NCBI RefSeq assembly: GCF_006345805.1
Contig: NC_043015.1
Span: 32,860,001 to 32,924,000, forward strand
Direction: 5' to 3'
DNA from: Octopus sinensis
Lineage: Eukaryota
DNA length: 64,000 bases
Shown here piece by piece: positions 1 to 11,355 of this stretch. Under the pieces are notes generated by a model. The model was given only the letters and a program-made list of their open reading frames with translations, had not been told where the DNA came from and did not search any database. Position 1 is the first letter of the stretch. Each line of letters opens with the position of its first letter. The translations under genes were made by a program, and so were the position numbers.

Positions 1-261
1 CGAAGGTACAAATATGCAAATTAAGCTATCCATTACGATGTAAGCTTAAGTCCTGATTGGTTTATATGGCGACTGATCTGTACTACAGATTGCAAAACGA
101 AGCTAGATAGGTTTCCCGAGAAGAGCAGTGATATGCGGTCTGTCACTTATTACATTTTCATTCAATACAATAAATCAATAAATATATTCTTCAGCTTCTC
201 TGATCGTTAGTAAATGGTCGTTAGTAAAATTGGAAAATTTGAAGGCAAAACTAACAAGCGT

Positions 262-562
262 CATCCAACCAAAGTACAAATATATGGGAAACTACCACCT
301 GTATCATCTCTTGTGAAAGGTAGAAGAGTCCAGTTTGCTGGACATTGTTGTAGAGCTGAAAATGAGGCAATTTTTCTACTCTTCTTCTCTGGAAGTCATC
401 TGCTCGCGATACCAGAGGGGGCACACTCTCCTACCCTGATGTAATCTCCAGGGATACAGGCATCCAGCAACAGGACCTCCGTAGTGCTATGATGGACCGT
501 GAAGTCTGGCATAACATAGTAAATTCCATTGCCTCGGCCACGGTCGAACAATGATGATGAAC
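262..562 (+). mobile_element. 3' end of an RTE-type LINE (decayed ORF2 C-terminus plus (TGA)n tail)
   Basis: Translates as HPTKVQIYGKLPPVSSLVKGRRVQFAGHCCRAENEAI, then after a frameshift TLSYPDVISRDTGIQQQDLRSAMMDREVWHNIVNSIASATVEQ*. It ends in TGATGATGA. RR.QFAGHC.R and MMDRE.W are typical of RTE-clade C-termini. Confidence 0.75.
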
Positions 563-704
563 AAGCATTAATTAACTGTGTGATTGGTGGTTTCTGATTC
601 GTTGCTTCTGTCATCGAACTGTTTGAACAGTTGTGAGTGTTAATATGACATCATGCCTTGTGACGCTTATTGTTTACCTCAAGTGGATCTTGTAAAAATA
701 TAAA

Positions 705-748
705 TTGGCATTTCACGATTTTTCCGATTTTTTAGCGACCACCCTGTA
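705..748 (-). mobile_element. Possible Tc1/mariner terminal inverted repeat remnant
   Basis: The minus strand reads TA-CAGGGTGGTCGCTAAAAAATCGGAAAAATCG, a TA followed by a CAGGGTG start. No partner TIR was found. Confidence 0.3.
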
Positions 749-961
749 TATATGAATCACACAGCGGTGTCAACTAATAAATACTGGACTCCATTAGTAC
801 TAAGCTCTCACTTTTTATTCACTTCCATGTAATCTCCTTACACCTCTACCGGTAATCTGTGATTTTAAAAAACGAGTAGCTCACATCTATTATACGAATG
901 TGTATGTATATGTGAGCATTACTCAGTGTTTGTGTGTGCCCGTTATACTGTATGTGTGTGT

Positions 962-994
<33 letters not shown>

Positions 995-1352
995 GCTGAC
1001 ATTTGTCCTGAGACGTGCTTGCTTTCTTGATGTAAATGGTGGGAAAGAAAATAAAAGCGATGTATATAACACGGCGAGTCGTATCAGTTTGTCTTTAAAC
1101 AAAACGATTGCGAGAGATTGATCGCTGGACTAGCGAACAGACAGACGTGACAGCTACTTTATAAACTACAACAACAACAACAGCTACATCAGCATGAACA
1201 TCAACAACAACAACAACAACAACTATAACAATTACAATGAAGTGCAGAATATTCATCAATCAGAGATGCAACGAATTTCATGATGGATGTTAAAGCACAA
1301 TACCGAATAGACGTCTATACGTATGCGTACGTCGTATTCATGCACACACAAA

Positions 1353-1389
<37 letters not shown>

Positions 1390-1623
1390 CACACACACAC
1401 ACACACACACACAGGTATATATCGTTTAATTTCAGTCATGAGTTTCTAATGTAATTTAAGATAACGTAAGTTTCTTCTCTTCTTACATATAGACATTATT
1501 TATAAAACTGCGTGGCTGCCGGACAGCACCCGACCCCCTCATATTTACTGGATCTGTGTGAGAAAATAGAAAAAAAAAAGCGAGGGTAGGTGTGAGGTAA
1601 ATATACGTGATTGTGTAGCAGCG

Positions 1624-1660
<37 letters not shown>

Positions 1661-1749
1661 CGCAAGATGGGAAAATGAAAACTAACGAACAAATATGGCG
1701 CTGGAGTAGGGATGTGAATTATTAAATAAGCACAAATGATTGGAGAAAA

Positions 1750-1843
1750 TAATAATAATAATAATAATAATAAAATAATAATAATAATAAAATAATAATA
1801 ATAATAATAATAAATAATAATAATAATGATAATAATAATGATG

Positions 1844-1882
<39 letters not shown>

Positions 1883-2155
1883 TAATAATAATAATAATAA
1901 TAATAATGATAATAATAATAATAATAATGATAATAATAATGATGATAATAATAATCCTTTCTACTAAAGGCACAAGCCTGAAATTCGGAGGAGGGGGGAT
2001 AGTTGGTTAAATCGACCCCGGTGCGAAACCAGTACTTAGTTTATCTACCCCGAAAGGATGAGAGGCAAAGTCCACCTGGGCGGAATTTGAACTCTGTACT
2101 TAGTGGCAGACGACATAACGCTAAGTATTTCGCCCGGCATGCTAACGATTCTAAT
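1750..2155 (-). mobile_element. tRNA-derived SINE, family C, with long (ATT)n tail
   Basis: The minus strand has the head ...AGAATCGTTAGCATGCCGGGCGAAA..., GAGTTCAAATTCCGCC, a body matching other family C copies, and an (ATT)n tail at 1750-1955. Confidence 0.85.
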
Positions 2156-2180
2156 AATAGAAATAATATGTACGTTCGCT

Positions 2181-2189
2181 TTAGGTTGG

Positions 2190-2246
<57 letters not shown>

Positions 2247-2271
2247 GTTGTTGTTGTTGTTGTTGTTGTTA

Positions 2272-2333
<62 letters not shown>

Positions 2334-2805
2334 GAGTGAGAGAGCAGTGCATGCCATCAAAGTGACACTGGGGTTAAATATACGAAGCCCAGTATACCCA
2401 TCATGACTACCCATCTGATAAGGGTACACCAGGCACATGCATCACAACCATATGTGCGCGACATGGTGATCTGATATCAAAATAAACAGCACATGACCTT
2501 GCAGGTGGGACCCAGTTACAATTTTCTTCTGGTTGAGTAGCCCATCCCACTCAAAAGGTCCCTGAATAAGGGTTGTTTAAGGATGCTGAACGAACCAACC
2601 ATGTTTCCAAAGGTGAATTATCCAAACCTCTAAGAATTCCTTTCAACACACGGCTATGATGCTCCCCACAACTTCTGCTCGTGATCAGAGATGCACATAT
2701 CGTCAGCCACTAAAGGACCTACCTGCTCAACTGGTTACGGTCAAACAACTGACAAACAAATCTGTGGTATTGAGCAGAATATTTGCTGTAGGCCATCTTT
2801 TATAC
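2181..2805 (-). mobile_element. 3' region of a non-LTR retroelement with (AAT)n tail (family unassigned)
   Basis: About 470 bp of complex sequence that ends on the minus strand in CTCTCTCACTC followed by an (AAT)n/(AAC)n tail (2189-2334). I recognise it as a common octopus repeat. It has no ORF. Confidence 0.6.
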
Positions 2806-2874
2806 GTGTATTGTACGATACAAGCAAAGTAATATTGCTTCGAATGCAGAATTTCCATTAGAACAGCTCGAACC

Positions 2875-2950
2875 AACAAGCTTAACGGTGAAGCACTCTG
2901 CCGGAGACTTGAGGGTAACGGGTTCGACTTCCATGGTTATTTGTTGGCAG
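2875..2950 (+). mobile_element. Degenerate tRNA-like SINE head
   Basis: A-box-like AGCTTAACGGTGAAGC and B-box-like GGTTCGACTTCC at tRNA spacing, with T runs downstream. No acceptor stem. Confidence 0.4.
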
Positions 2951-3101
2951 ATTTTTTTCCGCTTTTTTAAAGGATAGTTTACCCAGCGTTTCTGCTGTTC
3001 TAATGGAAATTTTCATTAAAAAAATCACGCATCTTTGAATCTTCTACTCTCTACATCTCCTCTCTCTCTCTCTTACTTATTCTATTTCCTCTTTCTCAAT
3101 C

Positions 3102-3164
<63 letters not shown>

Positions 3165-3437
3165 ATAGATATGTGTATGTGTGCGAGGTATGTGTGAGTG
3201 TGTGTGTGTGTGTGTGTGACAGAGAGAAAGTGAGGGAGAGAGGATATATAATCATGCTTAAACCATAGCATATCTACATACGTGTCTTTTATCTCACTTA
3301 TGTTTACATACATGAAGGCACACACGCGTATATACACACACACACACACATACACACAAACACACACACGCACACACACACACACACTGTTTGGCAAAGG
3401 GAAAACAAAAAAACAATGACACGATATGTTGAGGTAA

Positions 3438-3582
3438 CAGAAGAAGAAGAAGAAGAAGAAGAAGAAGAAGAAGAAGAAGAAGAAGAAGAAGAAGAAGAAG
3501 AAGAAGAAAATAAAAAGAAGAAGAAGAAGAAGAAGAAGAAGAAGAAGAAGAAGAAGAAGAAGAAGAAGAAGAAGAAGAAGAA
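3438..3582. repeat. (GAA)n microsatellite
   Basis: Near-perfect GAA array interrupted once by AATAAA. Confidence 0.95.
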
Positions 3583-4465
3583 ACCACCACAGCAACAACA
3601 ACGGGACGAGAGAGAAGAAAACAGCAAAGGTGGCTTGGATTTACCCGTATATTGAATACCCGGAATTGCTTAAGAAATGAAAATTAAAGGGCGGCTTGGT
3701 GGTGTGGGGAGGGGATGTTTGAATGGCTCGGGTGGATAACAGAAGAGAGGTTTGTGGGGTGTCAGATTTGAATGTAGAGAAGCCAGGTGCAGATCCATGG
3801 GGCAATATGCGTGGACTAATATACACGCACACACACATTTATATGTCATCACAAACTGCCGACACACACTTATACAGATATATTATGTGTTGCGGTGCGG
3901 GTGGGTTGTGTACACACACACCACACACGTACACACACACACACACACATATATATTATAGATATATAACACTATAGATAGGCATATAGATATTAGATAC
4001 ACACAAAAACACACATCAACACATACACGCGACATAAAACACACACATACACACATATGTTCAGGAGATGCGGGTTCGAATTCCACGGTCAACCTTCGGG
4101 TTTTCATCTACCCAAAGGTTTTTTAATTCAATATACAAGCTATTCTTTACAGCTTCATGAATGTTCTTCGAAGTTTTCACCCCATAGTGTATATATATAT
4201 ATAAATATATATAAATATATAAATGTGTGTGTGTGTGTGTGTATACAGGGAAATCGGAAGGAAATAAACATGGAGGGTCGTTAGACCTGAACGAGGTAAA
4301 AATAGCGAACGTCGAGAGAAATATATTCTTTGAAAAGAGAACATATAGAAGAAAGAGAGAGAGAGAGAGAAAAGACTCCATGTTTGCTTTCGTTTGGTGC
4401 CTCTCTATGTCTGCACCGTCCTGTTTTTGTTCCATACGTTCCAAATTTTATTTTGGTATTTACAG

Positions 4466-4630
4466 GAGCAACTGTCTTCGAAGACTCATATTGTCACTGA
4501 TTGCTCGAAATGGGGAGTAGATAGACAGCCGACAACTGATGAAGGGTCGTTCTTTGCATTACTTGTCCTTTTCTTTTTCTCTCGTCATTTGTGTATTCAA
4601 CTCATTTGTTTTCGTATTTCATGTTGTTTA
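4466..4630 (+). mobile_element. Dispersed repeat family H, copy 1 (copy 2 at 18410-18645, minus strand)
   Basis: CTCGAAATGGGGAGTAGATAGACAGCCGACAACTGATGAAGGG aligns to the reverse complement of 18600-18645 (TTCGAAACGTAGAGTAGATGAAACCATAGCGACTGAAGAAGGG) with identical spacing. Similarity continues downstream. Confidence 0.6.
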
Positions 4631-4652
4631 CAGTTGGTGACGTCTTGTACCC

Positions 4653-4685
<33 letters not shown>

Positions 4686-4719
4686 TGTATGTATGTATGT
4701 ATGTATGTATGTATGTATG

Positions 4720-4757
<38 letters not shown>

Positions 4758-4759
<2 letters not shown>

Positions 4760-5066
4760 GGGCGCGTGGCTTAGTGGTTAGGGCATTCGGCTCATGATCG
4801 TAAGGTTGTGAGTTCGATTCCCGGCGACGCGTTGTGTCCTTGAGCAAGACACTTTATTTCACGTTGCTCCAGTCCACTCAGCTGGCAAAAATGAGTTGTA
4901 CTTGTATTTCAAAGGGTCAGCCTTGTCACTCTCTGTGTCACGCTGATTATCCCCGAGAACTACGTTAAGGGTACACGTGTCTGTGGAATGCTCAGCCATT
5001 TGCACGTTAATTTCACGAGCAAGCTGTTCCGTTGCTGGGACCCTTGTCGTCGTAACCGGCGGAGTC
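4758..5066 (+). mobile_element. tRNA-derived SINE, family B (near full length)
   Basis: A box TGGCTTAGTGG and B box AGTTCGATTCC, then GTGTCCTTGAGCAAGACACTT. The body matches the copy at 46322-46630. Confidence 0.9.
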
Positions 5067-5096
5067 TTTATATATATATATATAATATTATATATA

Positions 5097-5522
5097 TACT
5101 CTTTTACTCTTTTACTTGTTTCAGTCATTTAACTGCGGCCATGCTGGAGCACCGCCTTTAATCGAGCAACTCGACCCCGGAACTTATTCTTTTGTAAGCC
5201 CAGTACTTATTCTATCGGTCTCTTTTTCCGAACCGCTAAGTGACGGGGACATAAACACACCAGCATCGGTTGTCAAGCAATGCTATGGGGACAAACACAG
5301 ACGCACAAACACAGACGCACAAACACACACACGCATACATACATATATATACATATATACGACGGGCTTCTTTCAGTTTCCGTCTACCAAATCCACTCAC
5401 AAGGCTTTGGTCGGCCCGAGGCTATAGTAGAAGACACTTGCCCAAGGTGCCACGCAGTGGGACTGAACCCGGAACCATGTGGTTGGTAGACGGGCTACTT
5501 ACCACACAGCCACTCCTGCGCC

Positions 5523-5523
<1 letters not shown>
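5097..5523 (-). mobile_element. tRNA-derived SINE, family A (full length, internal microsatellite, (GAGTAAAA)n tail)
   Basis: The minus-strand head AGGCGCAGGAGTGGCTGTGTGGTAAG...GGTTCAGTCCC is near-identical to the copies at 19330, 38815, 45150 and 63295. Confidence 0.95.
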
Positions 5524-5576
<53 letters not shown>

Positions 5577-5631
5577 TCATATATATTATTTATATTATTG
5601 TTTAATTGAACGCCACGCTTTCATTTCCAGG

Positions 5632-5663
<32 letters not shown>

Positions 5664-5666
5664 AAT

Positions 5667-5819
5667 AGGCGTAGGAGTGGCTGTGTGGTAATTAGTTTGC
5701 TTACCAACCATATCGTTCCATGTTCAGTCCCACTGCGTGGCACCTTGGGCAAGTGCCTTCTACTCTAGCCTCGGGCCGACCAAAGCCTTGTGAGTGGATT
5801 TGGTAGACGGAAACTGAAA
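5667..5819 (+). mobile_element. SINE family A, 5' half
   Basis: AGGCGTAGGAGTGGCTGTGTGG through GACGGAAACTGAAA, truncated before the internal microsatellite. Confidence 0.9.
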
Positions 5820-5881
5820 TTAGGCTTCTCAAAATCTGAAAGAAGAAAGCTAATTCAAAGACTACAGATCCAATCCATCAC

Positions 5882-5960
5882 TGGAACTGTAATAATCTGT
5901 AAAACTTTCCAGAAGTTTATCATTTAAATATATGTGAGCATGTCTAGATATGCAACTAAA
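5882..5960 (+). repeat. Unclassified dispersed repeat (second copy at 53622-53700)
   Basis: TGGAACTG..AATCTGTAAAACTTTCCAGAAGTTTATCATTTAAATATAT..GAGCATGTCTAGATAT is shared in the same orientation 47.7 kb apart. Confidence 0.85.
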
Positions 5961-6109
5961 TTCATGAGAACACATACATTAAACATTCAAATCTGCACAT
6001 TCATGATGCATACATACATACAAACATACATACATACATACATACATACATACATACATACATACATACATACATACATACATACATACATACATACATA
6101 CATACATAA

Positions 6110-6320
6110 CTCTGTGTGTGTATGTGTGCCTTTGCGTCTATGCTTGTCGCCCCATACACACTGCTTGGAAACCCAATGTTGGTGTGTTTAGGTCTCCATA
6201 ACCTAGCTGTTCATCGAAAAACAGCTATAAAAGAAGTACCAGGCTTAAAACAAGAAACGCTGGTGTCTATTCGTTTGACCATAACGCTTCAAGTTGGTGC
6301 ACCAGCATGACCGCAGTTTT
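6110..6320 (+). mobile_element. SINE family A, decayed 3' half
   Basis: Degenerate match to the family body, ending in GGTGCACCAGCATGACCGCAG. Confidence 0.65.
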
Positions 6321-6769
6321 ACAGACACACCCTTATTACTATGACTATTAGAAATGCTGTGAAACCCTGATAGACCTGTGGAAAGCTTGCTAGCAACGAC
6401 GCTATAGTTCACAATTTGTGATATAACATTAAAAAGATTAAGAAAAAAAAAGGATGAATCCATTAATGCGAGCGCAGTGTGTGTTTTTACCACCAAAGAT
6501 GTTAAGAAGAGCTGAAAAACCAACTGTTGTCGCCACCATCTTGATGTTATGCTCCAATGAACAATGAACAATCATCGACATCATTTCAGGGACAAAGTAA
6601 ACATCCAGCAGATCCCTGTTTTGTTTTTGTTATGTTTTGTTTTGTTTTTGTGGGTTTCTTTTTAAAGTTCTTAATTTGGCGGGGTTTTTCTTTTTCTACT
6701 TTTATTCCTCGATTACAATACGCTATTATTTTCATATCTTTTTCATCGAGATTTTATAAAAAATCTGTT

Positions 6770-7215
6770 ATTGTTATTGTTGCTGTTGCTGGAGGTGATG
6801 ACGGTGGCGCTATTTTGCTGTTGGTGGCGCTGCTGTTGTTGATAGTTGATGCCGTTGAGGTTGATGTTGTTGATGTTGATAATGGCGGCGGCGGAGGTGG
6901 CGGTGGTGGCGGTGGTGGTGATGATGGTGGTGGTGATGGTGGTGGTGGTGGTGGTGATGGTGGTGGTGGTGGTGGTGGTGGTGGTGGTGGTGATGGTGGT
7001 GGTGGTGGTGGTGATGGTGGTGGTGGTGGTGATGGTGGTGGTGGTGGTGGTGGTGGTGGTGTGATTACTGTCGATGTTGTTATTCCTGCTGATGATGATG
7101 ATACTGCTGCTGACGATGCTGCTGTTGCTGCTTCTATTGTTTGTGTTGTTCTTGTTGATGGTGATGGTGATGGTGGTGATGTTAGTGTTGTCGGTGTTGT
7201 TGTGGCATTTTTTTG
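6770..7215. repeat. (GGT)n/(GAT)n/(GTT)n low-complexity tract
   Basis: Triplet arrays that generate the spurious poly-G, poly-V and poly-T ORFs. Confidence 0.9.
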
Positions 7216-8047
7216 TTTTAATTCTGTTTTGTCTTAGTTTTTTTTTTCTTTTATGTATTTTGTGTGGGCATCGTGGGGGGAAGGTGGGGGTGGAATACAA
7301 TATTTTGCTTTTGGTGTTTCTTTATTTTGCTTCCTTGAAAACCATATTCCTCTGTTAGAATCATGCTAACTGTTTAATCTGATTTAATTAGCAATGGCCC
7401 AGTATTTGCTTTCCTTTATAATAAGCTATATTTACTTAGCTATAAAAAGTAGTTTTAACCGAAAGAGAATAAGCTTAAGAGAAGGTTTTTTCCCCCCACC
7501 CCATTTCTTTTATTTATTTATGCATTTATTATTATTTTATTTTATTTTATTTTATTTTATTTTATTTTATGTTCCTTCTAAATTCGACACCAAACTAAAA
7601 CCGATAGTTTACCGCAAAACAAACAAAACACGATGAAAGAACAACAACAACAAAGACAAAAACAACAGCAACAACAGAGGCAGTGTAAATATCGACAGAA
7701 ACATTTACAAGAATTACAAGAACAACAACAACAATAATAACAACACTAACAATAAAAACAGCCATAACTAAAGCAAGAACAACACCAAGACTATAAAATT
7801 ATATGCAGTCTAATTCCTTTCTTTCATTCTTAAATCTCTTTCGTGTGGTATTGGAGAGATATTCCACCAAACACTGCAACACGTGGTCTTTTAAGAGAAG
7901 AGCCAGATTGTAGGCAGAAATCTCGGTTCTCTTGGCCGACACTTCTTGAACACATTTCATAAGTTAACTGACTGGTGGCCGTTGGTGGAAATATAGTGTA
8001 TTTTAAAATGATAGACTATTTGTGGGACGCAGACAGCTGAGACAACA

Positions 8048-8442
8048 TGCTATTGTTGTTGTTGTTCTTGTTGCTGTTGCTGTTGAGCGAACGGTCTTCG
8101 TCCCAGAGTTCGCAAGATGGGAGAAGTCCGAAACGTGGTCCTTTGCTATTTGTAAGACCTGTAGAAGAGAAAGCAGATCAACCCCCGACACCGAGAGCAT
8201 CGACGAATGCGCATCCAGGCTCAATGGTTGCATAGGAAGTTGGGGACAAGAAACAGGAAGAAAAAGTGAGAGAAAGTTGGAGCGAAAGAGTACAACAGGG
8301 GTCGTCACCACCCCCTGCCGGAGCCGCGTGGAGCTTTAGGTGTTTTCGCTCAATAAACACACACAACGCCCGGTCTGGGAATCGAAACCGCGATCCTCCG
8401 ACCGCGAGTCCGCTGCCCTAACCACTGGGCCATTGCGCCTCC
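8048..8442 (-). mobile_element. tRNA-derived SINE, family E (full length, (CAA)n tail)
   Basis: The minus-strand head is GGAGGCGCAATGGCCCAGTGGTTAGGGCAGCGGACTCGCGG...GTTTCGATTCCCAGACC, and the element ends in AACAGCAACAACAAC. A head copy lies at 18660-18770. Confidence 0.85.
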
Positions 8443-9534
8443 TGCTGTTGCTGTTGTTTTTGTTTTTGTTGTTAAACTCGGCAGTACTGACTTATTACAA
8501 ACTTCGTTGCTATTTCTAGTAAGTCGAGCGGATATGTAGACATTTACTGTATTTTTATGCTGCTGGTAACCGTGTTCATATGACACTGCACGATATAAAT
8601 GGAGTCGTCACACAAAGATGACGGGTTTGCAACACAAAGGCTGTGGCGTAAGATCTATCCAAAACTGTGTTTCAGCCGTATTCATTTCACTCGAGACAAA
8701 GCTTTGTGAACAATACAAATACAATTAGCAAAGTTGATATCATATTAAATGTAAGTCCAATATACGTTAAGTAACAATTTGAACCTTTCTCAGATGACAA
8801 GTTGTCTAAATTTATAAAACATTGATGTACTTCGGAGTATCAGGAATATTATAATACGTAATACGAACTATATAAATTGTAAAAATCGAGAGGATGATGA
8901 ATATTTATCTTTATATCAGAACAAATTTAGAAGAGTACCAAATTTTATTGATAACGTCTAATGAGGCAGAAACGCGTTGCTATGAACACACCGCTTTCAT
9001 AGGAGATACTACTATCTTCGGGCAGATACCGCAATAAATTTTACTCGTAATATATTTATATTAAGTATGATACACAGTTAGCTATTTTAATCTAATACTA
9101 CTTCTGTTGCATATAATGAATTTTTGATCAGTTGGGTTGCTACCTGCGACCTCAGAAAATATTTTTCACCGTCTTCGTGTATATTTTAGTGATGAATTTC
9201 ATTTTACCATGCTGGCAGTGAGTACACGTAATTAATAACGCCTAACTGGGCAACAATGCATCAAAGGCTCTCATTTGCCGCAGCTAGGATGAGTTCTGTC
9301 TCCCTCTGATATATACAAACTGTTTTTTTTAAACACGACACCTCCATGGGAGATACAATATCCGGACGAATACTGCAGTAAATTTTTCATATTACAATGC
9401 ACTTAAGTTAAATATTGTACATAAATGGCTGCTAAATTTCATATTTGAATTCCGACTTTTGACCAGAAATATATATATATATATATAATATATATATATA
9501 TATACACATACTTACACACATATATACATACATT

Positions 9535-9672
9535 CCGCCGAGGTCAACTTTTCCTTTTATCATTTCGGGGTCGATAAATTAAGTACCAGTTGAATACTGG
9601 GGTCGATGTTATCGACTATTCTCCTCCCACAAATTTCAGGTCTTGTGCTTATAATAAAAAGAATTATTATTG
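9535..9672 (+). mobile_element. SINE family C, 3' part
   Basis: TTCCGCCGAGGTCAACTT...GGGGTCGATAAATTAAGTACCAGTT...AATTATTATT. Confidence 0.85.
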
Positions 9673-10029
9673 GAAGAATGACAAGTTGAACCCGAGGGCA
9701 GTTAAGCAAAGAGATTTAACGATGACACGACAAGAAGTGTTTACTGCATAATCCTAATTCAAGTGGTTAATCTAAATTCTGGAAGTGTTTCGGTGTCTGT
9801 TAGGTACTATTACTATGACATTTCCTCCCTCTGTCGGAAGTACAAGGTTAATTGGTAAATTATTGATAAGCTCCTCCTTCTTAATGAATGCCACGCGATT
9901 GACCTCGTTGAAAGAAACATAATTTCCTTTTTCTCTTATCATTTCATTATATGTAAACCCCAACATTTTGTGTCTGTCTTTGTATTGTTCCTCTCATCTT
10001 TCACCCTTGTGGCAAATAAATGAAATCAT

Positions 10030-10503
10030 TATTATTATCTTGTTTCAGTTTTGCTTCCATTTCTTGCACTGTGTCTTCCCAACACCTAGGGCAAAGAAAC
10101 TCACTGTATACATTGGTAGGCCATCAAAATAAACACACCAGATTGTTCATTTACAAAGTCACGTGATAGAAAAAAGGAAGAAAGTCAGAGGAAAGAAAGA
10201 AAAACAGTAAAAATGAAAATAAACAAAGAAAATAAAGGGGAAAAGGAAAAAATATCACGACGACAATGCTCTTCTCAATACATGTGACCAGTTACCAGTT
10301 AAGAAACTTTTTTGCACTTCTAGCATGGATGGTAAGCCAGGGATCATCCTCAAATAATTTTCAATTCCCTTTTTGATCATTCCAAGTGCCCCTACAATCA
10401 CTGGTATTGTAACCGTCTAGAGATGCCACACTTTTTCGATTTCAATCAGTAAATCTTTATATTTTCTGAGCTTATCGAATTCTTTTGCCGAGATATTATG
10501 ATC
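10030..10503 (-). mobile_element. R4/Dong-clade LINE: C-terminal half of restriction-like endonuclease, 3' UTR and (TAA)n tail
   Basis: DHNISAKEFDKLRKYKDLLIEIEKVWHL.(T)VTIPVIVGALGMIKKGIENYLRMIPGLPSM(L)EVQK...SHVLRRALSS*, the K..KY..L and IP.IVGALG motifs of the R4 RLE. It is followed by a 3' UTR ending at a (TAA)n tract. Confidence 0.85.
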
Positions 10504-11355
10504 CCAGGATTTCGTTAAGGTTATTTTTACAAATATTCTATACATCTTAAAGCCAGCACTGACTTTTGCTACAACGTTTCGTATCGAGACGTCAGATGTA
10601 AACAGACAATGTGATCGAAAACAAAAGTGGGTAATGAGTGTATATGCCATATTTCGGGTGTTGTTTCCCCCTCTTCAGTACTCATCAGACCCACTCTTGC
10701 CTCCTAACACATTGCTTATATAACCATTGTTTATACAGCCGTTTTAATTTATTGAATATACCAATTTACATATTAGACGCATTGTACGTGAACATTGAAG
10801 ATTTAGAGGTACGTGATAATTCGTAACGCAAACACAATATACTATAAGATATACTAAATATTTTCATAAGTCGGTACCACGTTCTATTGTGTTAGCAGTG
10901 CACTTACAGCCAGAACCGATTTTTGCTACAACGTTCCGTATTGAAACCCCAGACGTAAACAGACAATGTGGTCGAAGACAAAAGTGGTTAAGGTGAGTGT
11001 ATATGCCATATTTCGGAGGTTGTAGCTCCTTCTTCAGCATTCATCAAACCCACTCTTGCCTACGAACACATTGCTTATATAACCACCGCATACAGCAGTG
11101 TTAAGTTATTGGCATATACACTCATTATCCATCTTTGTCTCCGATCTCATTGTCTCTTTATATTTGACGCCTCAATACGAAACGTTGTAGCAAAAATCAG
11201 TTCCATAGAACATCTGAAGAAATAACCGTAACAGAATATTATAAGAGCACACTGCTGAGGCAATAGAACCTGGTACTGACTTATGAAAACATTTAGCATA
11301 CTGTATTGCATATTGTGTTTCCATAACGAAGTGCTACGTACTTACAAATCTTTTG
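10504..11355. mobile_element. 852-bp fold-back-like insertion with three diverged copies of one unit, flanked by TGATC
   Basis: Direct copies at ~10510-10745 and ~10795-11095 and an inverted copy at ~11110-11355. Removing the insert restores Dong MSIPCDHNIS. Confidence 0.7.

Noticed and set aside
60-140. Possible CR1-like C-terminus (CKTKLDRFPEK)
   Set aside because: Too short and degenerate to support.
4466-4545. Plus-strand exon candidate after TTTTGGTATTTACAG
   Set aside because: The sequence is a copy of dispersed repeat family H and has no good donor.
4758-4830. Possible tRNA genes here and at 8370-8442, 32432-32490 and 52340-52400
   Set aside because: A and B boxes are present, but there is no acceptor stem. 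All but 32432-32490 continue directly into SINE bodies, and that one is a degenerate head.
6557-7300. Gly-rich and Thr-rich ORFs
   Set aside because: (GGT)n/(GAT)n low-complexity artefact.
8003-8366. Overlapping 60-105-aa ORFs with normal-looking composition
   Set aside because: They lie wholly inside SINE family E.
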